The notes under the pieces are model-generated. The model had not been told where the DNA came from. It did not search any database and saw only the letters and a list, made by a program, of their open reading frames with translations. DNA of 64,000 nt. It comes from Eledone cirrhosa (Eukaryota). The DNA lies in the NCBI GenBank assembly GCA_964016885.1, contig OZ024740.1:27404001-27468000 (forward strand), read 5' to 3'. This document shows positions 23,553 to 37,453 of the stretch, one piece after another. Every line of letters starts with the position of its first letter. Position 1 is the first letter of the stretch. The position numbers were made by a program, and so were the translations under genes.

Positions 23553-24277
23553 TAGCAATCATTCTAACTTTGAATCTGACACGCACAAACATATATATAT
23601 GAATAAATTAAGCCCCAAATCATGGTAGATTCAAATATCACAGAGAGCAAAAGAGATAAAGAGAGGGGGCGGGAGAAATGAGGTGCAACAAAAATGAAAC
23701 ATGGATTACAGGTTAAAATATCGTTTAGATAGATAAGAAGCGAAAAGAGGATGTAGTTTATGGAACACCCAAATAATTTATAAGTCGACCTTTATTATGG
23801 GCAATAACATATGATTTTGTTTTGAAAATGTTGAAAGTACGTTTATAAGTATGAATTTTCAATTGATTATCAAAGCTGTCTCAGTGGACTGGTGGTAGTT
23901 ACTAGAGACGGTGAAGATCCTGGTCTTGGGTTCAATCCTGGTCGGGATATACATGTAACATTTTCTGTTTTTATTTTACATCCGATAGAATAAAAAACTG
24001 GATCGAACTTCCGATAGAATAAAAAACAGGATCGAACTTCAGACTAGGATTATCACCGTCTAGGCTACCGAGACAGCTACAAAATACCATTGAAAATTAA
24101 TAATTATAAACCTACTTTAAAATGTGGCTTCGTTCATTGCTTTCCTAGAGCTATTAGTCATATTTAGGGTCGACTTGTAAATATTCTGGCTCTTTGGTAA
24201 CAAACTTTTTATTCCTGTGTGTGTTTAACTGTTGAATTAATTTAATTTGATTATTTTAAGAAACAAATTATATATAT

Positions 24278-24313
<36 letters not shown>

Positions 24314-24880
24314 AAAAGGTAAACAGAAATAACAACACAATCGGTACAGTATATGGAAGGGATATATCAGGTTAACACTTGATATAGCTGGAGGAGGGTC
24401 TTAACGTTTCGGACGCAATTCTTTCATCGGAAGAATGAATGAGAAATAAGATAGCTTCAGGTTATGATGGCAATCATTGTAAGTTTGAATCTGACACGCA
24501 AAAACATATATATACGAATAGAATAAGCCCCACATCATGGTAGATTCAAATATCACAGAGAGAAAGAGAGATAGAGAGAGGAGGTTTGGAGAAATGAGGA
24601 GCAACATGGATTACAGGTTTAAATATCTTCTAGATAAGTAAGAAACGAAAAGAGGTTGTAATTTATGGAACACCTAAATGATTTATAAGTCGACCTTAAG
24701 TAGGCGCAATAACATTAAGAAAGACATGAAGTACACCATATGATTTTGTTTTGAACATTTTGAAAGTAGGTTTATAAGTATGAATTTTCAATAGATTATC
24801 GTAGCTGTCTCAGTGGACTAGTGGTAGTTACTAGAGACGGTGGAGACATACATGTAATTTTTTCAGTTTTTATTTTATAT
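23553..24880. repeat. Local ~430 bp direct duplication (23553-23985 vs 24469-24880) including a MITE-like fold-back at 23775-24185
   Basis: Shared gcaatcatt..tttgaatctgacacgca...ataagtcgacc...gctgtctcagtggact; 24056-24125 is inverted relative to 24756-24842; partial third copy at 25430-25492. Confidence 0.7.
24399..24434 (-). ncRNA. Minimal hammerhead motif, U4C variant
   Basis: TCTT-CCGATGA-AAGAATTGCGTCC-GAAA-CG-TT|AAGA; stem II has one mismatch; lies in a ~155 bp insert (24313-24468). Confidence 0.55.
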
Positions 24881-25054
24881 ATATACACACAGTATATACA
24901 TATATATACACACACACACACAACGTCATAATGTCGTAATGCAGAAAATCAGACATACAGACAGATATTATAAGGGCGCAACGTTATATCTATATATATA
25001 TCTAAAAAGAAAGACTAAGAATTATAGAGAGAGATCGCTAAATCGCCTAATGCG

Positions 25055-25212
25055 GTCCCTAGGACATTGAACATTTGAAATATCTTTTTCTCAAAACACT
25101 CAGAGGACCATAAGTATTACATATGTAAAGTTTGAAAACAATCGGTTGAGTGGTTCTCGAGTTTCAGGGAGTCAGACAGACAGACTGACATCTGTTTTGG
25201 ATATATAGATAT
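25055..25212 (-). mobile_element. Possible non-autonomous Helitron 5' end
   Basis: Minus strand starts atctatatatccaaaacagatgtcagtctgtctgtc...ccgattgttttcaaacttt, a typical invertebrate Helitron 5' pattern. Confidence 0.45.
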
Positions 25213-25217
25213 ATATT

Positions 25218-25428
25218 TGAAAGAAATCCCAGTGGAAGGAAGATGCTGTAGAGGTAGTCCACGAAAACATGGGCGGATGTGGTGAGAGCAGACCTCAGAT
25301 CGCTGAAACTCACCGAGGAGATGACGAAGGACCGTGACAAGTGGAGAGATGCTGTGCTGAATAGTACCCGTCCAACCCTTGCAAGCAGGAAAAAGCGGAC
25401 CTAAAATGATGATGATGATGATGATGAT
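25218..25428 (+). mobile_element. 3' end of a second RTE family with (GAT)n tail
   Basis: Translates PVEGRCCRGSPRKTWADVVRADL...DRDKWRDAV; followed by (atg)n. Confidence 0.8.
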
Positions 25429-25579
25429 ATATCTGACATGCAAAAAGATATATGTATGAATAAACTAAGCCCAAATCATAGTAGATTCAAATATATGTAT
25501 ATACATATGCATATATGTACATATATATATGTATACACACACACACACACACACACACTCACACACATACATACATATA

Positions 25580-25677
<98 letters not shown>

Positions 25678-25818
25678 CACGATGTCCATTAGATCCCTTG
25701 GGATTTTTGCTCAAGTAGAAAACATCTTATGCATACATAAATATAAATCTATATACACATGTACATGCACACATATACACGCACTCCAATATATATGTAT
25801 ATATATATATATACATAC

Positions 25819-25867
<49 letters not shown>

Positions 25868-27266
25868 CACAATTGGACGATAGACGAAATCCGAGCAGTT
25901 GATGTTGGAACTCGAAAAATACTAAATAACACCGGAAACTTCCACATCAACAGTGACATAGGCCGCCTTTACTTGAAACGTAAGCAGGGTGGCAGAGGCC
26001 TAACATCAGTCCAGACAACATTTGAATGTCGCATCATATCTCTCCGACAACATCTACGAACCTCGAAGCGTAGGAGCCCGTCTCTCAAGCAAGTCTATCT
26101 GCATGAAACAGATAAGAGTTGGGAAGGAACTACCCAAGAGATATTCCCTGTGTGATAATCAAAAACTCACACCCAGGGAAGTCGCTCAGCAGTATCGCAG
26201 TGAATCCATGGATGAAAAACTGCATAGTTATCAGCAAAAAATCATGCATGGATATGTTGCCAGGAAGCTCCAGAGTGAGAGTAATATAGATAAGGAAAGT
26301 AGTCTATCTTGGACCAACAACCGCTATATTGGCTCCCACTTTGAAGGATACGCTTTTGCAATCCAAGAACAGGAGATTAACACGAAATACCTGATTCACA
26401 AAAGAGATAGGGATGCAGGCACAACACCTAGATATGATAACAAGTGCAGACTCTGCAGAACTAACATCCAGGATATCACCCATGTCATCAGCTGTCCAAA
26501 GATGTCATCGCGGTACTATCTACCTATGAGGCATGATGTACTGGCCAAAACACTGTACAATGCAATCCGTAGAAAAGATAGCCCCGATAATAAACATATT
26601 AAAAGCTATAGCAATATGGAAAACATTCAGGTACATAATATGAAATAGTACTGGTGGAATGTTCCAGTAAAAACCCCAATAAAATGCAGGCATAACAGAC
26701 CAGATATTATGATATGCGACAGGGAGAAGAAAGCATGTACAGTAGTGGAAGTTAGCTGCCCAGCAGATGCCAATATAATATCAAAGATTAGCGAAAAAGA
26801 GATTATTTATGCAGAACTGATGAGAAATCTGCAGATACTCCACCCTGATTACACATTCAGATTTATGGCTGTGATTATTGGGGCACTGGGGTATGTTAGT
26901 AACTGCCTCAATACAAATCTTGAGAAGCTAGGTTTCACAGGAACAGAAAGAATACAACTAGTTAGGAATTACGAGTACAATCCATTAATGGAACAGTAAA
27001 AATATGTAAAACATTCCAAAAATGTTGCATCTAATAACTGCATATACACATGTACAGATGCAAAGCATATACACATGCACACATACAACTCAAAACATCC
27101 ACATCCACACATACAATAACATCTATATCTACACATGCATGCATGCAGACATACATACATATCTACCTAGTTGTTGTGTAATTCCAATGAGAGAGTCTTG
27201 TGTCTATGTTAGAAACCGACTCTCTCTCTATTGGTACAACCTTTTGAAATTATAAAACCAGAAGAA
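25868..27266 (+). mobile_element. 5'-truncated R4/Dong-type non-LTR retrotransposon (RLE), disrupted
   Basis: RLYLKRKQGGRGL, AIQEQEINT, CRLC...HVISC zinc knuckle, RHD, HNRPDI...VEVSCP endonuclease motif; frameshifts and stops; microsatellite flanks. Confidence 0.85.
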
Positions 27267-27525
27267 CATACACACACACACACATACATACATACATACA
27301 TACTGACATACATACATACATACTGACATACATACATAAAACAACCGCATATCTATCTCGTCATCTGAACCTCTTACATACATACATATACATGACGCAC
27401 ATAAACAAGCACATTTCTCACACATACACATATATACGTAGAAACACATATATACAAATACAGAAATACACACAGATACACACATACACCGGACTTCTAT
27501 ATTTCTACATTCCCTATATCTCTAA

Positions 27526-27600
<75 letters not shown>

Positions 27601-27655
27601 TCTCTCTCACTCACTCTCACTCTATCTCTCTCTCTCTCTCTATATCTCTCCCTAT

Positions 27656-27696
<41 letters not shown>

Positions 27697-28377
27697 AGAA
27701 TATCTTTGTATTTCTTAATGATGTTTCCCCTCACACACTCTTTCTCCCATCTTCCTCCCTATCTCCCTTCTTCACCCCCTCCCATGACTGTCACACTTAC
27801 ACTCAAACTCTACCTCCCCCCCTCTCTCTATCTCTCCCTCTATCTCTCACTCTCTGTTACGCTCTCCTCCAGCCTATAATAAATGGTAACTGCCGCTGTG
27901 GAACTATTCCACAATTCACTCTACCAGCTGCTGCCTAATTAGACGGTCGATGAAACATATTAGCACACTTAACAAACCACCACACTCCACCACCTTCACC
28001 ACCAACACACCTCTACCAAACCTCTTATTGTCTGTCACACACACACACACACACACACATACACACACACACTCACACATATATGCATGCACATCACTTT
28101 GCCCACATAAAGACAGACACATACATACTCACACACTCACACATACACAAATACAGGCAAATTATAGTCATACATACTCACACAAAACCTGCCGCCGGCG
28201 CTGTTACACGCATATATATATATATGGAGAGACGTGTAAATTCATATACGTGTGTGTATAAATATATATACATACACGCATATATATATATATATATGTG
28301 TGTATGTGTGTGTATAAATATATATATATATATATACACACACACATATATATATATATATACACATATATAAACAC

Positions 28378-28412
<35 letters not shown>

Positions 28413-28685
28413 TGTATGTATGTATGTGTATATATATATATATATTTGTACATGAACACATACATACACATATATATATGTATACAAATACATATAAATG
28501 TATACATATATATGTGTGTGTATGTGTGTGTGTCTGTGTGTGTGTGTGCGTGTGTTTGTCTCTCTGTCTACATATATAAGTAGAAGCGCAAATACAAGAT
28601 CGATCAATCAATATTACCATCGAAAAATCACCTATATATACATATATGCATACATCTATTTATATATATATACATATATATATAC

Positions 28686-29050
28686 AACGAAGGAAGTTAG
28701 GATCCATGTGGACCATAAAGCACCAGAGTACTCAATACTTAGGGTAGTAGAGTGGGTAAAAGGAAAATGTTCAAGACCCCGACGGCAGAGCTCTAGCCAC
28801 TTCGACGGCTATTTCTGGAAATAGCCGCCGAAATGAATACAAACATATCTCTCACTGGCAATATTGATTCGTTCTTTTGGTACTGTATGCCTGCGTTTTA
28901 CCTGCCGCAATGTTCAATTTGTCAAGCTATCTAAACGTATCTTATTACTCTAAGGACCTACCCTTATTGAGTGCTTTGCTACTCATTTCTTATTGTAGGT
29001 CGACTTTGCTTGGCCGCAGCCAAAACTTCAATTTTACTAAGCTTCCACTA

Positions 29051-29051
<1 letters not shown>
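28686..29051. mobile_element. TA-flanked element with internal inversion and HHR helix III remnant
   Basis: Hairpin turn at ~28816; minus strand GAAG-TGGC-tagagctct-GCCG-TC|GGGG; 28835-28862 reappears inverted at 29098-29126. Confidence 0.6.
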
Positions 29052-29100
<49 letters not shown>

Positions 29101-29158
29101 CCAGTGAGAGATATGTTTGTATTCATACACACAGCAACACACACACACACACACACAT

Positions 29159-29192
<34 letters not shown>

Positions 29193-29193
<1 letters not shown>

Positions 29194-30439
29194 AGACCAA
29201 AGTACTAGTTTGTAGGAAAGAAAACAAGGCGGCGGTCCCTTCTGGGAAATGGTCGTGCTCGGTGTGTAGGAAAGGCGTAGGTAGAAACTCCATTTTATGT
29301 CCTAAATGCAAAGTATGGGTGCATAAAAGATGTAGTGGGATCACAGGTAAGCTAACTAAGAACATAGATTTTACATGTGGCCGGTGCTCTGGTGCAATAA
29401 GTAGCAGCAAGTGCCCACAAACTACTAGCTCTTTCAATTGCGCAGAGGGTTCTATAGAAATAGTGGACAACTTCCGTTACCTGGGCGATAAAATCAGCAG
29501 TGGGGGAGGGTGCTCTGAAAGTACTGTAGCTAGAGTCAGAACTGGTTGGAAAAAGTTCAGAGAGCTTATACCACTATTAGCTGCTAAAGGGTTCTCACTA
29601 AAAATGAAAGGCAGGTTGTACGATGCCTGCATACGAACAGCAATGCTGCATGGCAGTGAGACCTGGGCATTGTGTGCAGAGGATATACGCAGACTAGAGA
29701 GGAACGAAGCTTGCATGCTCCGCTGGATGTGTAACAGTAATATACGTGAACGGCAAAGCATAAACGAACTAAGGAAAAAATTAGAGATAAGAGGGATCAG
29801 ATGTTGTTTACTCGAGAGAAGGCTACGTTGGTATGGACACGTGATGCGCATGAAAGTCGATAGCTGTATAACAAAGTGCAGGGCAATAAAGATAGACGGT
29901 AGTCACGGAATAGGCAGACCTAGAAAAACCTGGGACGAGCTGATAAACTCCGACATCACACACTTACACCTCTCCAAGACAATGTCACTGGACCGAGACC
30001 TTTGGCGGTACTCAGTAACAGAGAAGACCCGCCTTACCTAAATATATAGTAAAACCTACTCCAGCCAGTAGGCATCTCTAACAAAATACACCCCGTCCCA
30101 CCACCACCACCCCCACCCGATCCACACCACCCCGTTCTATGTAAAGTTATGTTGGTGCCGCGCCATCGAGGCCGAAACAAATGAGATCGTGTAGGTGTCA
30201 CGACAAAAAAACACACAGTCCACGCTGTAATGTGGCCGTGTAGGCAACACGGTAAAAACCTCCCAGACCCACACTGTAAATGTGGTTGGTGTTAGGAAGG
30301 GCATCCAACTGTAGAAAACCTGCCAGACAGTCCTATGCGAGCAAGACAATCACTCTTGCCTCAAGTGGGACTACCCCCGTCCAAACCCATGCAAGCGTGG
30401 AACACGGACGTTAAACGTTGATGATGATGATGATGATGA

Positions 30440-30444
<5 letters not shown>
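29193..30444 (+). mobile_element. 5'-truncated RTE-clade LINE with 3' UTR and (GAT)n tail, inserted in (TA)n
   Basis: ORF 29262-30041 (PHD, YLG, GSETW, RLRWYGHV, GRPRKTW); UTR matches 34238-34606 inverted. Confidence 0.95.
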
Positions 30445-30493
<49 letters not shown>

Positions 30494-30586
30494 GGTTCTT
30501 TTCCCCATCCAAGTGCTAAAGCTACAGACCGATTCTTCATTCGTTAGCTTGGCCGTGTTCTAAAGCTTCGTTAATGCTGTACTAAC

Positions 30587-30626
<40 letters not shown>

Positions 30627-30929
30627 CAAAATGGCAGGGAACGCGAACGCAGGGACATCTCTAAACCATCCGGCTGCTATGGTGTTCGTGTATCATCTGT
30701 GATAGTGTCACAGAAAAATACTCATACCAAATGCGCCCCCCCCCCCCCCTCTTTTGAGCGTATATAGTCTTCACTGCGATATCTTTTAGATATTTGATAA
30801 AGTATGACAAACGCCATTCACAAACCTTCACATTATGTCTTCGGAATGTCTCACAGAGCGACGTACCAATGGCAATATTCACTGAGTCGGCTTCTATGTT
30901 AATATCATAAAGATCTATTTTACCAATGC

Positions 30930-31180
30930 GTGAAGGCGCATGGCTTAGTGGTTAGAGCATTGGGCTTGCAATCGAAAGGTTGTGAGTTCAAATCTCGGAC
31001 CGGCTGATGTGTTGTTTCCTTGAGCAAGACACTTAATTTCGCGTTGCTCCAGTTTACTCAGCTGTAGAAATGAGATGATAGGACTGGGGTCCCTATCATT
31101 AACTCACCCAAGACACCTCCAACGAGATATACCTTGAAGGAGGCCTACTAAACCTGCATAGGTCTGAGCTGTCACACACA
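30930..31180 (+). mobile_element. tRNA-derived CORE-like SINE
   Basis: A box tggcttagtgg, B box gagttcaaatc, core tccttgagcaagacactt; close to the copy at 49930. Confidence 0.85.
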
Positions 31181-31540
31181 CTCACACACACACACTTCAC
31201 CAATGTGTTTCCTCCACGCCATCTTAACGGGCATCTATACCAGACCGAAGTATATTCTCTTTAAATGATTTTCAGGCTTTTGAGAGAGAGGCCGTGTCTC
31301 ACAACTAGTGAAATGTGATGGAAATGTAAAAGATGTAGATTCAACCAAAACACGAAATGATTAATAAATTAATGTAATTGGTTTTATTCTTCAATGTATA
31401 TATGTATGTGTATTTTTTGTGTAATCGTAATGAAGACTCCTAGTCTCCATTACGACATATCTTTAGGAGAAGGTCACTCTGATATAAAAACTGCGACTTC
31501 GTTTGCACCCAATGATGTAGACCAGTTCGTCTTTTGGGGT

Positions 31541-31600
31541 AAAAAATAAACCTCATCTGGTCATTCCATCATTCCATGAGAGTATCTTTGTCAGCCTAGG
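31541..31600 (+). repeat. Orphan fragment of the 143-bp satellite
   Basis: aaaaataaacctcatctggtcattccat...ccatgagagtatctttgtcagccta matches the monomer. Confidence 0.75.
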
Positions 31601-32171
31601 AACTTTCCAGCCTAATAACATTTTAGCCGAGACTCGTACTAGCAAGTATTTAACAAATGAGCGCATAACTGTTCACTAGATCTGATAGAAAGAGTAGTCA
31701 ACCCTACCTCAGATCACCCATTATTCTCTTCAAAGGTCACACTGAACAACATAGTTGGTGTAGGACATATTGGATATATAATAGTTAAATAACAGACTTG
31801 GTAATTACGACTAGAAATGTTTTGATCTTATTTCAGCTAGATCAAGTTCGCTCCGAGCCTAGACAATCTCAGTACTAACCAAACTGATAAGATTTACTAA
31901 TTAAACTATATCTCGTTTAAAAGACAGGATTGGAACTTTTTTGAGCAAGGATCCTCTAGATGGCCTGGACTAAATTCAAATGAAAACAACATAAACAGCA
32001 CCAGCACCAATATCAACACAACTGAGACAATGCGGTAACCTCTTCACGGTTCATCGAGATGCTAGAAATAGAAGATAAATATTCCTCAAATCACACCCTA
32101 CTCTATAATGAAAGGGAAGACAAGCTGAATAACGTAGTTCTGAATATACTATATCTGAAAAAGTTAATAAT

Positions 32172-32388
32172 GATTTCTAGTATAGGCACAGGGCCAGTCA
32201 TTTTGGGGGAGGGGAAAGTCGATTAAATCGACACCAGTACATTACTGATACTTTATTTTATCGACCCCGTAAGGATGAAAGGCAAAGTTAACCTCGGTGG
32301 GATTTGAACTCAGACCGAAAAGGGCAGTTACTCTATTCTGTAAAGCATGGTGTCCGACCCTTTACCGATACCACCAATCCACCGCCCT
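32172..32388 (-). mobile_element. Deu/Nin-like SINE with TSD
   Basis: TSD tgaa(a/c)aagttaataat at ~32157 and ~32389. Confidence 0.85.
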
Positions 32389-33709
32389 TGAACAAGTTAA
32401 TAATCGAACTATTGGATGATAGATTAACTGGGGCTAAGCATCAGCGAGAGCAACACTATCATCAACATCAATGAACAGAGGTGACTTCTACTCAATCACT
32501 CGATATGCTAAAAATAACAGTTAAATAATGAATATAGAATGCACATTGAAAGATGTAGTCCTAGATATGCTATATCTGAATAAAAAGTGAATGCTCATTT
32601 GTCTTCTGGATCAGAAGAAAGATAGGCTTTCACAAAAATAAACAAGAGCAACAAAAGCAATATATATAATTAGTTATTTTGTTTAATTATTTTCCATCAA
32701 TAATCTATTTTAATTAAATATTTATTTATTTATTCGTATTTTTTTATTTAACTAAAATGGCGGATTTTTTTTTGTGTTTATTTTCCTTTATACAAATGTC
32801 ATATTTCTTCTCCCGCCTCTCCATTTTCTCACCGCCCCTCCCACACAATATCGCCCCTCCTCCCTCTCTCTCCCTCCCTCTCTCTCCTTCATGTTCCTAC
32901 TTTGTATTCTTCCCCCTTTCGACCTAACACGTCCGCAACACACACACACACAGACACAGACACACAGACACACACAGACACACACACACACACTTCCTCT
33001 CTTTTTGTTTATATATTTATAAAATATCTCTCTCTCCCCCACTTTCTCTCTATCCCTCCCTCTCACCCCCCTTCTCTCTCTCCTACTATTTCTACTTAAA
33101 AATCATTCGCCATGCTGTTTAGCCGGTGTGTTTTAATGATACCAATGCTTCGTTGAATATTCAAGTATTGTTTTCTCTTAATGTGGTCCACCATATTTCA
33201 TTGCAGTAATATTTGTGATAATTTAATGATCATTGTTGTTCTTCTTATTATCATCATTAACATTATCATTATTACTATTATTATTATGATTATTTCATTG
33301 CCAAAAGCTGTGTCAGAGTCGGTAGTGCGCCAGTCAAAATCTCTTGCGGTAGCTTCTTAAACATTGAGTGTTCAAATCCTTCTCGGCTGGATAAGATGAA
33401 GATTCATTTGATATATATATATGCTTTATAATATATATATATATGTATATTATAAAGCTGACGGCCGTATGTAACAAATCTTTCGCCAAACAGCTGCACC
33501 AAACAGCACCAAATTTGCACCATAGATGTGACTTTTTCCAAGTAAGAAAGTGAGGGTATTTTTGTCTACCTAATTTAGTTACAAAATGACTCAAGAGTCT
33601 GGAATTTATTGTCGAAGCGGCAAGAGCTCAGCCGTCGAACCTCGACACTTTTTAACACACATACACACATACACACACTCACACACACTCACACACACAC
33701 ACACACACA

Positions 33710-33803
<94 letters not shown>

Positions 33804-34218
33804 CATATGTATATCTAATATAAAGTGAATTAACAGGAGGTCAAAAATGTTGAATTTTCTTAAATATTTAATTTTAATTCTGCAAACGCAATGCACATTT
33901 CTGTGGCGAGGATGCGTAAGGACCTGGTGACATATTCAGGTGTAAATTGCGTAATAGAGGTATACCAACGGAAGGAAAGTAAAATTTAAGGAAACAAACA
34001 AAGAGCAGAAAATAAAATATATATTTATGTTTTTGTTTTTGTTATTTCACTTTATAATACATTTACTCCGTTCCTGCACCACCAACATGATTCAACATCA
34101 GTGATTGGTGAGTTGCATAACGTCGAGTGCTTTTCTCATATTACTTTATGATTAACATTGCAGAATGACCAACTCTTCTCAGTGATAAACCAGCGAATTT
34201 AAACGTATATATATATAT

Positions 34219-36089
34219 ATCATCATCATCATCATCACGTTTAACGTCCGTGTTCCACGCTTGCATGGGTTTGGACGGGGGTTTCCCACTTGAGGCAAGA
34301 GTGATTATCTTGCTCGCATAGGATTATCTGGCGGGTTTTCTACAGCTGGTTGCCCTTCCTAACACCACCACATTTACAGTGTGGGGCTGGGAGGTTTTTA
34401 CGGTGTTGCCTACACGGCCACATTACAGCGTGAACTGTGTGTTTTTTTGACGTGACACCTACACGATCTCATTTGTTTCGGCCTGGATGTTGTGGCACCA
34501 ACATAACTTTACATTGAAAGGGGCGGTGTGGATGGGGTGGGGGTGGTGGGACGAGGGTGTATTTTGTTAGAGATGCCTATTGACTGTAGTAGGTTTTATT
34601 TTGTATTTAGGTAAGGCGGGTCTTCTCTATTACTGAGTACCGCCAAAGGTCTCGGTCCAGTGACATTGTCTTGGAGAGGTGTAAGTGTGTGAGGTCGGAA
34701 TTTATCAGCTCGTCCCAGGTTTTTCTGGGTCTGCCTATTCCGTGGCTGCCGTCTATCTTTATTGCCCTGCACTTTGTTATACAGCTATCGTCCTTCATGC
34801 GCATCACGTGATCATACCAACGTAGCCTTCTCTCGAGTAAACAACATCTGATCCCTCTTATTTCTAATTTTTTCCTTAGTTCGTTTATGCTTTGCCGTTC
34901 ACGTATATTACTATTACACATCCAGCGGAGCATGCAAGCTTCGTTTCTCTGTAGTCTGCGTATATCCTCTGCACACAATGCCCAGGTCTCACTGCCATGC
35001 AACATTGCTGTTCGTATGCAGGCATCATACAGCCTGCCTTTCATTTTTAGTGAGAACCCTTTAGCGGCTAGTAGAGGTATAAGCTCTCTGAACTTTTTCC
35101 ACCCTGTTCTGACTCTAGCTACTGTACTTTCAGAGCACCCTCCCCCACTGCTGATTTTGTCACCCAGGTAACGGAAGCTGTCCACTATTTCTATAGAACC
35201 CTCTGCGCAGTTGAAAGAGCTAGTATTTTGTGGGCACTTGCTGCTACTTATTGCCCCAGAACACCGGCCACATGTAAAATCTATGTTCTTAGTTAGCTTA
35301 CATGTGATCCCACTACATCTTTTATGCACCCATACTTTGCATTTGGGACACAAAATGGAGTTTCTACCTACGCCTTTCCTACACACTGAGCATGGCCACT
35401 TCCCGGAGGGGACAGCCGCCTTATTTTCTTTCTTACAAACTAGAACTTTAGTCTTAGCCAGGTTAATTTTAAGGCCTTTTGATTCTAGGCCGTGCTTCCA
35501 TGTTTGGAATTTCTTCTCTAGCTCGGCCAATGATTCAGCTATGAGCGTTAGATCATCTGCGTATAGGAGTTCCCATGGGCAGCCGGTCTTGAACTCCACT
35601 GTTATAGCCTGGAGGGCAATAATAAATAGTAGGGGGCTAAGAACAGAGCCCTGATGAACTACAACTTTTACACTAAACTCTTCACTATATTCGTTGTTAA
35701 TTCTAACCTTGCTGACTGTTTCTTTATACATGGCTTGTATAGCTCTCACAAGCCATTCATCAACACCTAGTTTTCTAAGAGCCCACCAGATAATGGAGCG
35801 GGGGACTCTGTCAAAGGCTTTCTCCAAGTCAACAAAAGCTAAGTATAGGGGTTTACTTTTAGCTAGGTACTTCTCCTGTAGTTGTCGTACAATGAAAAGA
35901 GCGTCTGTGGTACTTTTTCCTGACACAAACCAGAACTGCATTTCATCTAGATCAATTCGCTCTCTGATTAGTTGCGCTATTACTTTTTCCGTGACCTTCA
36001 TGACCTGGTCGATTAATTTAATGCCTCTATAGTTACTCCTATCTAGGGCATCTCCTTTACCCTTGTAACAGTTAACGATGATGCTGTTC
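34219..36089 (-). mobile_element. 5'-truncated RTE-clade LINE; long open RT + PHD frame (34607-36089)
   Basis: YKGKGD, NYRGIKL, AFVDLEKAFDRV, QGSVLSP, YADD, PHD finger, YLG, GRPRKTW; (GAT)n tail at 34219-34236. Confidence 0.95.
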
Positions 36090-36277
36090 TGTAAGAGTAC
36101 CGAGTGCTCAAACGGCCTACCGCTTACGAACACATTAAGCATCCCACACTAATTATGTATGTATATATATATATATATATATAGAAATAGACGTCGAAAC
36201 GGCTTGAGGTCTGCCGTCGGGGTCATACTTTTTGTTATATATATCTATATATATATATATAGATATATATATATATA

Positions 36278-36561
<284 letters not shown>

Positions 36562-36562
36562 T

Positions 36563-36881
36563 ATAAGGGAAAAAAAATGAAATCAAAAATGCAACTGGAG
36601 TCTTATTTTTTTTTAAATATATGTATTTATTTGGTTCCTTTACCGGTTTCTCAGTTCTTCTGCTTTCTAAAAGTAGAGTTGAGATGGAGGGTCTGTGGTT
36701 TTTCTCACATCTGATGTGAGAAAAACCACAGACCCTCCATCTCAACTCTACTTTTAAAAAGCAGAAGAACTGAGAAACCGGTAAAGGAACCAAATAAATA
36801 CATATATTTAAAAAAAAATAAGACTCCAGTTGCATTTTCGATTTCATATTTTTTTCCTTATACTTTCACTCGTATTCACTC

Positions 36882-36884
<3 letters not shown>
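36563..36884. mobile_element. Family C near-perfect palindrome (~150 bp arms, 1-nt loop at 36712) in (TA)n
   Basis: ...ctcacatc t gatgtgag...; arms carry mutated copies of the 22816 HHR. Confidence 0.9.
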
Positions 36885-36944
<60 letters not shown>

Positions 36945-36946
<2 letters not shown>

Positions 36947-37170
36947 AAAATAACAGATTAAAGTTTAAGCAAAGAATCGCTGCTTTCACCCTTAACGGGA
37001 TCTTCTGAAACTTCAGAAGATCCCGTTAAGGGTGAAAGCAGCGATTCTTTGCTTAAACTTTAATCTGTTATTTTAATAAATATTTGCTCTACGGTTCTTA
37101 TATATTTGATATATATTTATCCTTATCGAGCCCTCTTTGGATTTTAGTCTTCAAGTTTATTATTATTACT
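36945..37170. mobile_element. Family B palindrome turning immediately 5' of the HHR-like core
   Basis: ...gatcttctgaa ac ttcagaagatc...; matches 7007-7166. Confidence 0.9.
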
Positions 37171-37227
37171 ATATATATATATATGCTTGTGTGTGTATGT
37201 GTGTGTGTGTATATATAGATTTATATA

Positions 37228-37269
<42 letters not shown>

Positions 37270-37276
37270 CACACTC

Positions 37277-37353
<77 letters not shown>

Positions 37354-37453
37354 ACGATAAAACACACGCAAGCACATTGTTATATGTCAAAATAACCCCT
37401 CAAAAATAAGTCCTAAAAATATTAACAAAAACAAGAGTAGTAGCAATAATAAC

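Noticed and set aside
30930-31005. tRNA gene
   Set aside because: A/B boxes run directly into a SINE core and no proper acceptor stem is evident; the same holds for 39437 and 49930.
36090-36142. N-terminus of the 511-aa ORF as a real start
   Set aside because: Unrelated flank fused in frame to a 5'-truncated RTE lacking the endonuclease domain.
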